A program made the position numbers and the translations under genes. Below are positions 38,290-48,351 of a stretch of 64,000 nt of DNA, one piece after another. Positions within the stretch are counted from its first letter, which is position 1, and each line of letters starts with the position of its first letter. The notes below the pieces were generated by a model, which saw nothing but the letters and a program-made list of their open reading frames with translations, made no database searches and was not told the origin of the DNA. This DNA is from Candidatus Poribacteria bacterium (GTDB lineage: Bacteria > Poribacteria > WGA-4E > PCPOR2b), in the NCBI GenBank assembly GCA_965215015.1, contig OZ244042.1, positions 320,001-384,000 on the forward strand, written 5' to 3'.

Positions 38290-38638
38290 CAATTTATCCC
38301 CTTTGCCGCTTTGAACATAGCCGAGTTTGTCAGAATTCGGAAAGCCAAAAAATCCGTCAATGGTCCTCAATAGAAGTTGCTTTGAATTGATTTAATGGAA
38401 CCTGTCGTTTAATCGGGAGTGCTCATAAATAGATTTTGATGCGTATACTTCTCAACACCTCCCCGTCTGGCCTGGAAACCAAACCCTTACGATTGACCCA
38501 GGCACCCTCGCTTGAATTCCGCTACAATGTGTCTCGAATTAGGCACACCCCTGTTTGACTGAACTCAGGTTGAAGCCTTGAGTACAACGGCTCGACACGC
38601 CTTATCATCGTTGAAATCTAACCGATATTATATTTCGT

Positions 38639-38766
38639 AATGAGTAGATAGTGAGCTTTTCTCTGAATTTAACGCAACGTCGCCCCCCTCAGTCCCGAAT
38701 ACCCACACGGTTCTCTTCCCCCTGCTTGCGGGGGGACTGAGGGAGTTCTTAAAGGGGAAGGGGGGG
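38639..38766. repeat. Dispersed composite repeat with CCCCCTGCTTGCGGGGGG palindrome
   Basis: gcttttctctgaatttaacgcaacgtcgc shared with 51110-51203; cccgaatacccacacggtt shared with two copies in 56728-56820. Confidence 0.75.
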
Positions 38767-38996
38767 CACCCGATTCGGTTGCCTCCAAAGGGAATGCTTG
38801 CCATCGTGGATTCATGGTTTCATCGGGAGAAGGGGAGAAGAACGAAGAAACGCCTCCCATGCCCTGACAAAAGGGAAAACGGGAAGCCGATTCTCTCGCT
38901 TTCTCGTTATCTAACTATCCCGTTTTCTTTGCGTCTTAGCCCCTTGGCTCGCGCGCGTTTTATTATTTTATTAAAAGCCACTAACGACTTATTCCC

Positions 38997-40685
38997 TTAT
39001 ATTTTGGATCGCTGAAGGGCCCGACGGATAGCATATCCTCCAGAAATTAACACTATAATAAATAAGACCAAGACACCGATATTAATCAGGCGACGCCCAA
39101 AATTAAGTTCCCCTAGTCGTTTTGTCGCGAGTTCATACGGCGTTGAACCTTTTGCCGCCTGCAATTTTACCTGCTCCCAATAGACTTTAGATGCGTCTCG
39201 AAGATTTAGCCTATCTGCCAGCTTTGCAGTAGCGACAACGTAGGCGATGTTTTGGACGTTTACTTTATCCACTACCTCCGAAAAGGAGTCAAAGAGTAAT
39301 TTGGTAAACTCAGGGGACAGCGGCGGAAATTCGATGGTTTCCTCAATACCATTTTGGAATGCAGCTATGGCGTTCTCGTACGCCTTTCGATTAAACTGCA
39401 TTTGAGCAACTCCGAACCACGTCTTTTTACTAAGGACTAGGTCACGCTCTGTGGACTTGTGTGAGGCGAGTGTAAAATTTGCCTCCGTATGATAGAGCTC
39501 ATTGCTCTCGGCACGTAAGGTGTACATTTTACCCGGCTCCAGCACCTGTTTATCCAATCGATCCGCTTGGGGTGTAACGTTAACAATATTGGCAGAAAGT
39601 TGGTACCGACCATCTGCTTTGAGATATAGCGGATTCTGTTCGTACGTCGTTCCGTCTATCCACACCGTCCCGCCCTCAAGGGCGACACCATCAGGGGCTT
39701 TGATGCTGCCATGAACAGCAATGGATTCCAAATCCCATGAGAGATTAATCGATTCTCCCTGAACCATCTCAACTTCCACGGAACGCGCAGGCGGAATGAG
39801 GTATCCCAGCTTTCTAACCTCCACATTGTACGTCCCCCGTTGGAGGTTATCGGTAAGCCGTTGCGGCGTTACCCCTATCTCTTGTCCATTGAGGAAAACA
39901 GAGGCCCCATCAGGCACTGTCCTAACCTTGAGTACTGGGCTTAATTTTAAGACAACCTCCTGAATCTTCCCGATCGGGAGCAGAATCCCCTCTGTAAGCC
40001 GCAAAGTGCCGTCATCCAAATTCGAGGTGAGATAGGTGTGGAGCTCTTCAATGGAGACTTGCCGATTGCCATCAAGGTCGGTTTCATCAGTCCCTAACAC
40101 TCCCAATAATGTTTGCGCGAACAAATCCTCAGTGCTTAAGGCCGCACGCTGGATTGATATAAGTGCTGCAGTCCCTGGCATCCCGCGATTGGCGTAGTAC
40201 GCCATTAAATTCCGATCCCTAGTGTAGCCATCAAGAACGACAATCACTTTATTTTGGGACGATTCACGAAGCCAACGGTTTAATTGGCGGTCTTTAAGCG
40301 CATCTGTCAAATGCTCCGATGTCGATCCGTATGTTAAAAAGAAAATTGAATTCGATCTTCTCGGCTTCGTAACAAAACCGCGAAAGTAGAAGATGAGGCG
40401 ATCGCCTCGTCCCATTTCACTGCCAAGTTTATCTAAGCCAACCTTGATACCGTCGCGGGTGCACGCATCACCTTCGATTCGATGGATGTGTTTCGACAAG
40501 ACTTTTCCGCGTTCTTGCAGCAGATTGACCAATGAATCGAGATTACTTCGAGAACGGGTATCAGCGTCAGGGGTCACAATCAGCCACCAAGTTGTCGCAT
40601 CGGTAACTTGGGCATATAACGGCGAAACAGTGATAAGTGAAACCCCAATGAAGAATACGATAAGTACTAGAATTTGTTTCATCAT
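38997..40685 (-). CDS. Secreted/membrane-anchored protein: degenerate caspase-like domain + PEGA + carboxypeptidase-regulatory-like domain + C-terminal TM
   Basis: GDRLIFYFRGF and VVLDGY at caspase motif positions; DLDGNRQVSIEEL; TVPDGASVFLNG..G.TP PEGA motif; start ATG 40685. Confidence 0.7.
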   Translation of the reverse strand: MMKQILVLIVFFIGVSLITVSPLYAQVTDATTWWLIVTPDADTRSRSNLDSLVNLLQERGKVLSKHIHRIEGDACTRDGIKVGLDKLGSEMGRGDRLIFYFRGFVTKPRRSNSIFFLTYGSTSEHLTDALKDRQLNRWLRESSQNKVIVVLDGYTRDRNLMAYYANRGMPGTAALISIQRAALSTEDLFAQTLLGVLGTDETDLDGNRQVSIEELHTYLTSNLDDGTLRLTEGILLPIGKIQEVVLKLSPVLKVRTVPDGASVFLNGQEIGVTPQRLTDNLQRGTYNVEVRKLGYLIPPARSVEVEMVQGESINLSWDLESIAVHGSIKAPDGVALEGGTVWIDGTTYEQNPLYLKADGRYQLSANIVNVTPQADRLDKQVLEPGKMYTLRAESNELYHTEANFTLASHKSTERDLVLSKKTWFGVAQMQFNRKAYENAIAAFQNGIEETIEFPPLSPEFTKLLFDSFSEVVDKVNVQNIAYVVATAKLADRLNLRDASKVYWEQVKLQAAKGSTPYELATKRLGELNFGRRLINIGVLVLFIIVLISGGYAIRRALQRSKI

Positions 40686-41127
40686 TTGCCCCCACAATAT
40701 GCGAAGTGTACAACGTAAAAGCCGAAAAAGCTCGGGGTCTGTTGTACGATTTCTTAACATGAGCCTCATTTTTTTTCTGACTTCCGGGCATTAAACTACA
40801 AAGTAAGTGTAGCAGCATTTATTAGGAGGTTGCAAGGAAAAATGGGGATTCTCAGACCCCGTCAATCTTCTGATCGTGATCCATATTCAATTTGGGAGGA
40901 TGGTGCTCACACCCATGATACTGTTGGATTAATGGACTTCTTGATACGGCGTCCCATCTTCAGTCTAAACTTTCGATCTCTAATTCCGTCAAAATTCACT
41001 GTCAAATCACCTATAGACATATACGATAAAATCAGTGGAAAAATCTTGCGTATCATTTCTTTAGTGTAATTTCACAGAATTTGCTTCTGTCTGAACGAAA
41101 CAAATTTATATCAACAACTGATAGGAG

Positions 41128-42462
41128 ATGAGAATGACCCGATGGAGGATACAGTTCGCTTTGGTTTGTACGCTAATCTTTGTTGCTATCACAGCAATTG
41201 CCCAAGAAGAACAGGAAATTAATCTCTCCCAACCGCTTACCTTGGAACAATGTATTCAGCTCGCTGTTGAAAACTCAACCGATATGCGGAATGCCCGCAT
41301 CAATCTCGCCATTGACAGCTTGCGTGTCAAAAACGCGCGTGCCGGCTATTATCCAGAGATTTTCCTCGATGGGCGATACAATTTTTCAGATGTCGTTGAT
41401 TTCGGATTTGAGCGCGATAATTATGACCTAGGTGTGAGCGGACAATATACGCTGTGGGACAACGGACGAAGAGAGGCAACTTTCTCGCAGGCAAAGGAGC
41501 GACATAATGCGACAACAAGTCACAACGAACAGACAAAGCAGAACCTGATTTTTCAAGTTACGCAAGCATATTATAATGTCCTCAAGGCGCAGGAATTGGT
41601 GAAGGTCGATCGGGAAATCCTAGCGCGATCGCAGGAGAATACTGACAGGGTGAGGGCTTTTGTCCAAGCGGGAATTCAGATTGAAGCTGACGTGGCAACA
41701 GCGCAAGTCAGAGAAGCAAACGACGAATTGAGTCTGCTGAACGATCAGAATGCCCTGGAGATTGCAATGGCAACCTTACCCCGGATCATGGGACTTGACC
41801 CGGCGACGCTCATTACTGTTGCTGAAGACACTGACTATCAACTATACAGTCAGAAAGGGCAAATTGAAATCATAGAGGTATCCATCGAGGAAGCTATCCA
41901 GAGGGCTTTTGAAACTCGCCCTGAATTTAAGGAGCTCCAATCCACAATAAAACGACTGGAATGGAACTTGACATTAGCAAGGTTGAATCGTTGGCCCCAA
42001 TTGAACGCTGAATATAATTATAGCGTCAACCTTGATGATTACCTCCATGAGCGCGAAAATTTCACGGACTTCCGAAGTTGGGAAGTAAGAGCGACACTGA
42101 ATTTTCCAATTTTCGACGGCGGCGTGACAAAGCGGCAAATCGAAGAAGCGGAGTTATCGCTCGAACAGGTTCGTGAAGATGCGAGTGACCTTGAGCGCTC
42201 TATCGCATTAGATGTCCGACAAGCCTACCTAAACCTGAAGCGGGCTGAAAGGGCGGTAGAAATCTCTAATACACAGGTGCGAAACGCCGAGCTAAGCCTC
42301 CAAGTCATCAGAGGACGTTTCGAGCAGGAACTCTCCATCCTGCTTGAATTGCTCAATGCCCAAACGGAGTTTGCGCAAGCCTTGACCAATCAGGTTCGAG
42401 CTTTTTATGATTATAAAATCGCGCAAGTTGCTTTGCAGCGAGCAATGGGAGTTATTCAATGA
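41128..42462 (+). CDS. TolC-family outer membrane efflux protein
   Basis: LTLEQCIQLAVENS, VTQAYY.VL, PIFDGG, ELLNAQ; signal peptide. Confidence 0.9.
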   Translation: MRMTRWRIQFALVCTLIFVAITAIAQEEQEINLSQPLTLEQCIQLAVENSTDMRNARINLAIDSLRVKNARAGYYPEIFLDGRYNFSDVVDFGFERDNYDLGVSGQYTLWDNGRREATFSQAKERHNATTSHNEQTKQNLIFQVTQAYYNVLKAQELVKVDREILARSQENTDRVRAFVQAGIQIEADVATAQVREANDELSLLNDQNALEIAMATLPRIMGLDPATLITVAEDTDYQLYSQKGQIEIIEVSIEEAIQRAFETRPEFKELQSTIKRLEWNLTLARLNRWPQLNAEYNYSVNLDDYLHERENFTDFRSWEVRATLNFPIFDGGVTKRQIEEAELSLEQVREDASDLERSIALDVRQAYLNLKRAERAVEISNTQVRNAELSLQVIRGRFEQELSILLELLNAQTEFAQALTNQVRAFYDYKIAQVALQRAMGVIQ

Positions 42463-44447
42463 ACAGGAAACGAACGGTTGTTCTTATTATCAGTGTGTTG
42501 CTCCTTGTTGCCGTGGTTGCCATCGGTGCGACGAGAATATTTGGTAAAAAAGATAAAGATGATGGTGCAGACGAAAAAAAAGAGGTCGCCCGACGCGGTG
42601 AATTTATCGTCAAAGTTAGGGAATCTGGTAACCTTGAACCTTTAATCTCTGTTAACGTGCGCTCGAATGTCGAAGGCGAGATTGAAACACTTTATATCAA
42701 AGAAGGCGACGTAGTCGAAAAAGACCAGCCACTACTCAAAATTGATGATGAGCAGGTTCGCGAACAAGAAAAGCAGGCTTCCGCGAATCGAGATGCGCGG
42801 AAGGCACAAGTGGAACAGGCGGCATTACGTATTGAGATGACGGAGAAACAGCAAGAAAGCCAGATCACGCAAGCCCAAAACGCTGTTGAATCCGCAAAGG
42901 CCGCGCTTGAGTCGCTGGATGCAAACACGCGCCAACGGATTACTGAAGCTGAGACCCAAATTTCTACAACGGAAAACCAGCTTCAACAGGACAAGATCGC
43001 TTTGCGTCAGTCTGAAATTGAGTTACAGCAAGCCGAACTCCGGCGGGAGCGAGCTCAGGCGGCAGAAGAATCGGCGAAGGTTGCTTATGAAACCGCCGAA
43101 TCCGAATTGAAGCGGAATCAGGAACTTTTCGAGAAAAATCTGGTCTCGAAGCGAGCACTTGAGGAGGCTGCGAGAGGACGCGCCAATGCTCTTTCCCAAC
43201 ATGAGACCGCCAAAAAAGATGTCGAGTCTCAGATTAAGGCGGTTGAATCCCAACAAGAAACCATTGATGCTAGAAAAAAGGCACTTGAAAACCGTCAGGC
43301 AACCCTTCGGCTACATCAAGAAAATCTCGTTACCATTAAAGAATCGCAAGCAGCGCAAAAAAGACAACTTGACGCAGAATTAAAAAATGCAGAAACTCGA
43401 CTCCAACAGATTCTAGAGACAACAGATGAAGAGAAGAAGCTTACCGTTCATGCAAAAGCGGGTGCAGACGCGGCACTCCTAGAAGCTCAAAGCACCCTAA
43501 AAGCCCAAGAGGAACGGGTCACTTGGACAACCGTTATCGCCCCGATGCCAGGAACGGTTACGCTCCTCAGCGTTGAGGAGGGCGAAATTGTCACCTCCGG
43601 ACGCTCTGCATTTTCGCAAGGACCCGCTATCTTGACCATCGCAGATCTCTCCAAAATGGTCGTCAAAACGCGAATCAACGAGGTTGATATCGCCAAGATT
43701 GCACTGGGGCAAACGGTAGAAATCCGTGTTGATGCTTATCGCGATAAAGTCTTTGAAGGCAGGGTCAGTGAAATCGCGCCGAGTGCATACACACCTAATC
43801 AAAGGGGGGGACAACAGGGAGATGGCACAATCACTTTCGAGGTGATGATTGAAGTGATTGGATCTCCACCCGAACTGCTGCCCGGCATGTCGGCGGACGT
43901 AGACATCATTGTCATGCAGGATAACAATGTCCTCCAACTTCCCATTGATTCGGTAATCGATTCTGAGGTGTTGACGGTCAAGCTCAATGTGCCTTCCGGT
44001 TCGATAGGACGTTTCAAATCTGATCAGGAAGTGGAGGTACAGAACCTGATTGGGAAGAAGTTTCCCGGCAAAGTTGGTAAAATCTCGCCGAGCAGCGCAC
44101 GCGGCAATGTTGAAATCTTACTTGATGGCTCGCCGCGCGGCTTGCGGTCGGGACCTACCGAGGTACATATTTTATTCTCTGAGACGGATAAGATTGAAGG
44201 GCTTGAAGCTGAAATTGAGAGTGAAAAGAAATATTTCGTTATGCTCGATAAAGAGAGCTCGAAATCAGATACCGAGAAAAAGCAGAAAAAGGACAAGAAA
44301 GACGGAGAAAAAGGCACACGGACCCGTATTGAGGTAGGGCAGCGAAATAATACCCATTTTGAGTTGATTAGTGGCCTTGTAGAGGGGGATCGTGTATTTG
44401 TGCCATCTATGCAACAACTCATAAAAACAGGTCCAAGCAATGAATAG
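42459..44447 (+). CDS. MacA/HlyD-type periplasmic adaptor with extended coiled coil
   Basis: V.S.V.GEI..L...EGD.V.K.Q.L lipoyl half, APMPGTV, INEVDI.KI..GQ, LLPGMSADV.I, GLVEGD.V. Confidence 0.9.
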   Translation: MNRKRTVVLIISVLLLVAVVAIGATRIFGKKDKDDGADEKKEVARRGEFIVKVRESGNLEPLISVNVRSNVEGEIETLYIKEGDVVEKDQPLLKIDDEQVREQEKQASANRDARKAQVEQAALRIEMTEKQQESQITQAQNAVESAKAALESLDANTRQRITEAETQISTTENQLQQDKIALRQSEIELQQAELRRERAQAAEESAKVAYETAESELKRNQELFEKNLVSKRALEEAARGRANALSQHETAKKDVESQIKAVESQQETIDARKKALENRQATLRLHQENLVTIKESQAAQKRQLDAELKNAETRLQQILETTDEEKKLTVHAKAGADAALLEAQSTLKAQEERVTWTTVIAPMPGTVTLLSVEEGEIVTSGRSAFSQGPAILTIADLSKMVVKTRINEVDIAKIALGQTVEIRVDAYRDKVFEGRVSEIAPSAYTPNQRGGQQGDGTITFEVMIEVIGSPPELLPGMSADVDIIVMQDNNVLQLPIDSVIDSEVLTVKLNVPSGSIGRFKSDQEVEVQNLIGKKFPGKVGKISPSSARGNVEILLDGSPRGLRSGPTEVHILFSETDKIEGLEAEIESEKKYFVMLDKESSKSDTEKKQKKDKKDGEKGTRTRIEVGQRNNTHFELISGLVEGDRVFVPSMQQLIKTGPSNE

Positions 44448-44462
44448 AATAGAGAGGTAACA

Positions 44463-45143
44463 ATGCTAATTGATGTTCGCAACCTGACAAAAGTATATGA
44501 AATGGGAGATGTAAGGGTTCACGCCTTGAGGGGGGTTTCATTTACCGCCGAAAGCGGTGAGTTCATTGCCATTGTGGGGCCTTCTGGTTCAGGGAAATCC
44601 ACAATGATGGACATCCTCGGCTGTCTTGCAAAGCCGACAGAGGGAGAATACTATCTCGAAGAGGAAGAGGTCGGTAAGCTGTCGGATAACCGTCTCGCTG
44701 AGATTCGCAATCGGAAGGTCGGTTTTGTCTTTCAGTCATTCAACCTTTTACAGCGTACCACCGCGTTACACAATGTCGAATTGCCGCTCATCTACAGTGG
44801 GTTGGGGCGCAAGGCACGACGACGTAGAGCCTTTGAAGCGTTGGAATCCGTTGGACTCGCGGATCGCGTTCACCATAAGTCAAATGAAATGTCGGGAGGG
44901 CAAATCCAGCGTGTAGCGATTGCACGGGCACTTGTGAACAACCCGTCGATGATCTTTGCCGATGAACCGACGGGAAATCTGGATACTCGTTCTGGCAGCG
45001 AAATCATGGCGATTTTTGACGAGTTAAACGAGGCGGGAAACACGATTATCATGGTCACACACGAACCTGAAGTCGCAGCACATGCCCGCCGCATCCTCCA
45101 CATCCGAGACGGATTGATTGAGAGAGATGAACAGATAGGGTGA
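44463..45143 (+). CDS. MacB/LolD-type ABC ATP-binding protein
   Basis: GPSGSGKST, MSGGQIQRVAIARAL, FADEPTGNLD, VTHE. Confidence 0.95.
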   Translation: MLIDVRNLTKVYEMGDVRVHALRGVSFTAESGEFIAIVGPSGSGKSTMMDILGCLAKPTEGEYYLEEEEVGKLSDNRLAEIRNRKVGFVFQSFNLLQRTTALHNVELPLIYSGLGRKARRRRAFEALESVGLADRVHHKSNEMSGGQIQRVAIARALVNNPSMIFADEPTGNLDTRSGSEIMAIFDELNEAGNTIIMVTHEPEVAAHARRILHIRDGLIERDEQIG

Positions 45144-45175
45144 TAGGCGAATTAGCACATAACTAGCGGAAACGA

Positions 45176-46156
45176 ATGAACGCTAACGGCGACTCCGTCA
45201 CAATTAAGACACCGGCCCGACTCCACTTTGCTCTCATTGATCTCAACGGCTCACTGGGTAGGATTGATGGCAGCATTGGCATGGCAATCAATGATCCGCA
45301 TTTTGAAATTATCGCTGAACCCGCAGATCAGATCCGAATTTCATCGACCCAATACAAGGGGCGGGCGTGTGCTATTGCCGAAAAACTTCGGGCAAAATAC
45401 AGCTTTCCGGGCATCCATATTCAACTTACCTCAGAAATCCCACCGCATTCCGGATTTGGCTCCGGGACCCAACTGGCTTTAGGCATCGCCCAAGCGGTAA
45501 ATATGCTTTACAATTTGAACTTGAGTGTAGCAGATTTAGCGCGAGCTGTTGGGCGCGGCGGAACATCAGGGATTGGCATTACCGCATTTGAGCGGGGCGG
45601 GTTTATCCTCGATGGTGGACACCGCTTCCCGAATCAAAAATCCTCATTCTTACCCTCCTCCGCAGCGGGTAACGTTCCCGCTCCCCCGCTTCTCCTCTGT
45701 TATCCCTTCCCAGATTGGGAATTGCTCATCGTCATCCCGCGCTGCACGCATATCTCCGGGGAGACAGAGATTCAGCTTTTCAAGACGCTTTGTCCCCAGC
45801 CCAGGTCCACTGCCGAGCAACTCTCCCACCTCATCCTCCTCAGGTTATTGCCGGCAATCTTAGAAGAGGACCGCCAAGCCTTTGGGGACGCGATTAACAC
45901 TATTCAGACCTTCGGTTGGAAGAAGGTAGAAATTGATGCCCAAGGCGGCATTCTGCAACGGACGCTTGAATTTTTACGGGACAATGGCGCGATGGGTGCA
46001 GGGGTGAGCAGTTGGGGACCAGCAATCTTCGCTATTGGGGACGACCTCCCCGCCTTAAAAAAGAAAATGGAGGCGTTCCTCCAAACGCTGCCGGAGGGGG
46101 GGACCTGCTTTATCACAAATGCGAACAACGTCGGTGCGGCGGTTAAGGGGGCTTAG
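45176..46156 (+). CDS. Beta-ribofuranosylaminobenzene 5'-phosphate (RFAP) synthase family, GHMP-kinase fold
   Basis: TPARLHFALIDLNGSLGRIDGSIG, IPPHSGFGSGTQLAL, GRGGTSGIG..AF..GGFILDGGH, G.SSWGP, N.GA. Confidence 0.85.
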   Translation: MNANGDSVTIKTPARLHFALIDLNGSLGRIDGSIGMAINDPHFEIIAEPADQIRISSTQYKGRACAIAEKLRAKYSFPGIHIQLTSEIPPHSGFGSGTQLALGIAQAVNMLYNLNLSVADLARAVGRGGTSGIGITAFERGGFILDGGHRFPNQKSSFLPSSAAGNVPAPPLLLCYPFPDWELLIVIPRCTHISGETEIQLFKTLCPQPRSTAEQLSHLILLRLLPAILEEDRQAFGDAINTIQTFGWKKVEIDAQGGILQRTLEFLRDNGAMGAGVSSWGPAIFAIGDDLPALKKKMEAFLQTLPEGGTCFITNANNVGAAVKGA

Positions 46157-46168
46157 GCTTCATTCTTC

Positions 46169-47056
46169 CTATGCGACAATCTCAGTTCCAATGCCCGATT
46201 GCGTGAAAACTTCCAACAAAATTGCGTGGCTAATTCGACCGTCAATAATATGCGTTTTCCAAACCCCGCCTTTGAGTGCAGTCACGCACGCCTCGACTTT
46301 CGGTAGCATCCCTGAACCAATCACCCCATCAGCAACTAACCCTTCAATTTCACTGGACCTTATTCTTGATAGCAGCGAAGATTCATCGTCCAAATCTTTT
46401 AGGATACCGCGTTGATCGGTCAACAGAATTAGCTTTTCTGCACTGAGGGCGGCAGCTATCTCTCCTGCCATTGTATCCGCGTTGACGTTATACGTACAAT
46501 CATCGTCGCCCACGCCGTTTGGTGCGAGCACCGGGATATAACCTCCCTCATCCAAGGTAAAGAGTACGTCCGGCTTAACGCCGACAATCTCCCCGACAAA
46601 ACCGATATCCACGGAAGTTGTCTTCCCATGTTCATCGACGACCTGCGGACAGTGCTTCTGCACACGGATGAGGTTCGCATCCTTCCCACAAAGCCCAACC
46701 GCTTTGCCGCCATGCAGGTTAATCAATGAGACAATTTCTTTATTGATTACCCCCGCGAGTACCATTTCAGCGATTTCGATGGTCTCCGCATCGGTGACCC
46801 GCAAGCCTTGGACGAACTCCGCCTCCTTGCCGATTCGCCGCATCCACTCACTAATCTGGTTGCCACCACCATGCACAACAACGGGGTTCATACCGATGTA
46901 CTTCATCAGCACCACATCCTGCATCACACTGTGTTTGAGCGATGCCTCCTCCATCGCAGAACCACCATATTTGATCACGATGGTTTTTCCGGCAAAAGTC
47001 TGAATGTAAGGCAACGCCTCGATTAAAATTTCCGCTTTCTTGACCAATTCATCCAT
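46169..47056 (-). CDS. argB: Acetylglutamate kinase
   Basis: EALPYI, VIKYGGSAM, VVHGGG, GLRVTD, NVNAD, GMLPK; RBS aggagg before ATG 47056. Confidence 0.96.
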   Translation of the reverse strand: MDELVKKAEILIEALPYIQTFAGKTIVIKYGGSAMEEASLKHSVMQDVVLMKYIGMNPVVVHGGGNQISEWMRRIGKEAEFVQGLRVTDAETIEIAEMVLAGVINKEIVSLINLHGGKAVGLCGKDANLIRVQKHCPQVVDEHGKTTSVDIGFVGEIVGVKPDVLFTLDEGGYIPVLAPNGVGDDDCTYNVNADTMAGEIAAALSAEKLILLTDQRGILKDLDDESSLLSRIRSSEIEGLVADGVIGSGMLPKVEACVTALKGGVWKTHIIDGRISHAILLEVFTQSGIGTEIVA

Positions 47057-47140
47057 TGATGACCTCCTGTCTCTTGGTTTCACCGTCCTTTTCTATTTAA
47101 ACTGAGCGATTCCCCTTGATTCTAAGGACATTTTACCACT

Positions 47141-47463
47141 TAGGATTTACGCAGTTGAAGGTTCAAAGGAAACGCCAAACACTGCTGCGCGACTGTCCGG
47201 GTCGGTTGAGCCATGATTATGGCGCAATAATCATGGTATACTCGGTGACCCATCAAATACCAAGTGTGTCCCTCGACAGTCCTGGCTCAACCAACCATAA
47301 ACATTGTGCAACAGTGTTAGGTGTCCACTGTTGTACGACAGTGTTGGTATCTATACGACTCACGAGGCCCGATGAATCGGGCACCTACAGTTCATCCGAC
47401 AGTAGTGGGCACGTTCCGCGTGCCATCCCCCCGCTTGCGGGGGGATAGAATACGTGAGTGATA
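47141..47463. mobile_element. Degenerate MITE with several REP-like palindromes
   Basis: Left TIR TAGGATTTACGCA; interior gcccgatgaatcgggcacctac, gtagtgggcacgttccgcgtgcc, atccccccgcttgcggggggat; right TIR poorly conserved. Confidence 0.5.
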
Positions 47464-47475
47464 TGCCGCATTCGG

Positions 47476-48273
47476 CTATTGCCAACCGATGAGCGTTAAA
47501 TACCAATTCCAGATTTGGCCTCCCCAAAACAGATCCAGCAATGCACCAATCACCAGAAAAGGACCGTAAGGTATCCGACTCCCACCCCCACTTTTTTTAT
47601 CGAGCACTATCAGGGACAATCCGACGATTGAACCGGTGAAAGCGGAAACCATAACTACAATCAGCAGATGGGGCCACCCCCCCAGAAACAACCCGATAAG
47701 GATCATCAATTTGATGTCTCCACCACCCATCGCTCGCTTACGAAAGAGAAACGTCCCCACAGCCGCAATTAACAGCATTGATCCACCGCCCGCTATCGCC
47801 CCAATAAGGCGATCAATCAGGTAACTCGGATTGTGGTGGGTCAACGCAATGAGGAGAGCTACCGCCGCGCCAGTAATCAACCCGACAAGGATGATGGCGT
47901 TTGGAATGATATACCACCGAGCATCAATCCAAGCGATGGGTATCAACAAGCTGATGAACAAGCAACTGTGCAAGAGGGCGAGCGTTGATCCGAACCGATA
48001 CAGCGAGAGCAGAAACAGGATACCTGTCATCAGTTCGACCATCGGGTAAATCTTCGAGATTTCCGAACCGCAGTGTCGGCAACGTCCTCTCAGGAAGAAG
48101 TAACTCAGGACTGGGAGGTTATCATAGAAGCGAATTGTCGTCCGACATTCAGGGCAAAAGGAACGGCGTGGGGAATGAATGGAGAGCCCTTGGGGAATGC
48201 GATAGATGCACACATTCAAAAAACTGCCGATTACCAACCCGAGCGCAAAGATGAGGAGGGACATCGCTATCAT
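47476..48273 (-). CDS. pilD: Type IV prepilin peptidase/N-methyltransferase
   Basis: GSFLNVCIYRIP, CPEC..CRHC, MGGGDIKL, IPYGPFL. Confidence 0.92.
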   Translation of the reverse strand: MIAMSLLIFALGLVIGSFLNVCIYRIPQGLSIHSPRRSFCPECRTTIRFYDNLPVLSYFFLRGRCRHCGSEISKIYPMVELMTGILFLLSLYRFGSTLALLHSCLFISLLIPIAWIDARWYIIPNAIILVGLITGAAVALLIALTHHNPSYLIDRLIGAIAGGGSMLLIAAVGTFLFRKRAMGGGDIKLMILIGLFLGGWPHLLIVVMVSAFTGSIVGLSLIVLDKKSGGGSRIPYGPFLVIGALLDLFWGGQIWNWYLTLIGWQ

Positions 48274-48351
48274 TGGTAATTAGTCTCCTTCCATGATTGC
48301 GATAGTCCAAACATGGTCATCGATTTTGGCTGCTAGCAAATATTTTACAAT

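Noticed and set aside
38385-38600. 6S RNA on the plus strand
   Set aside because: Some motif resemblance (gaacc..gggag; ggcacaccc..caggttgaag) but no 5'/3' closing stem and the central arm looks too long; not called as a feature.
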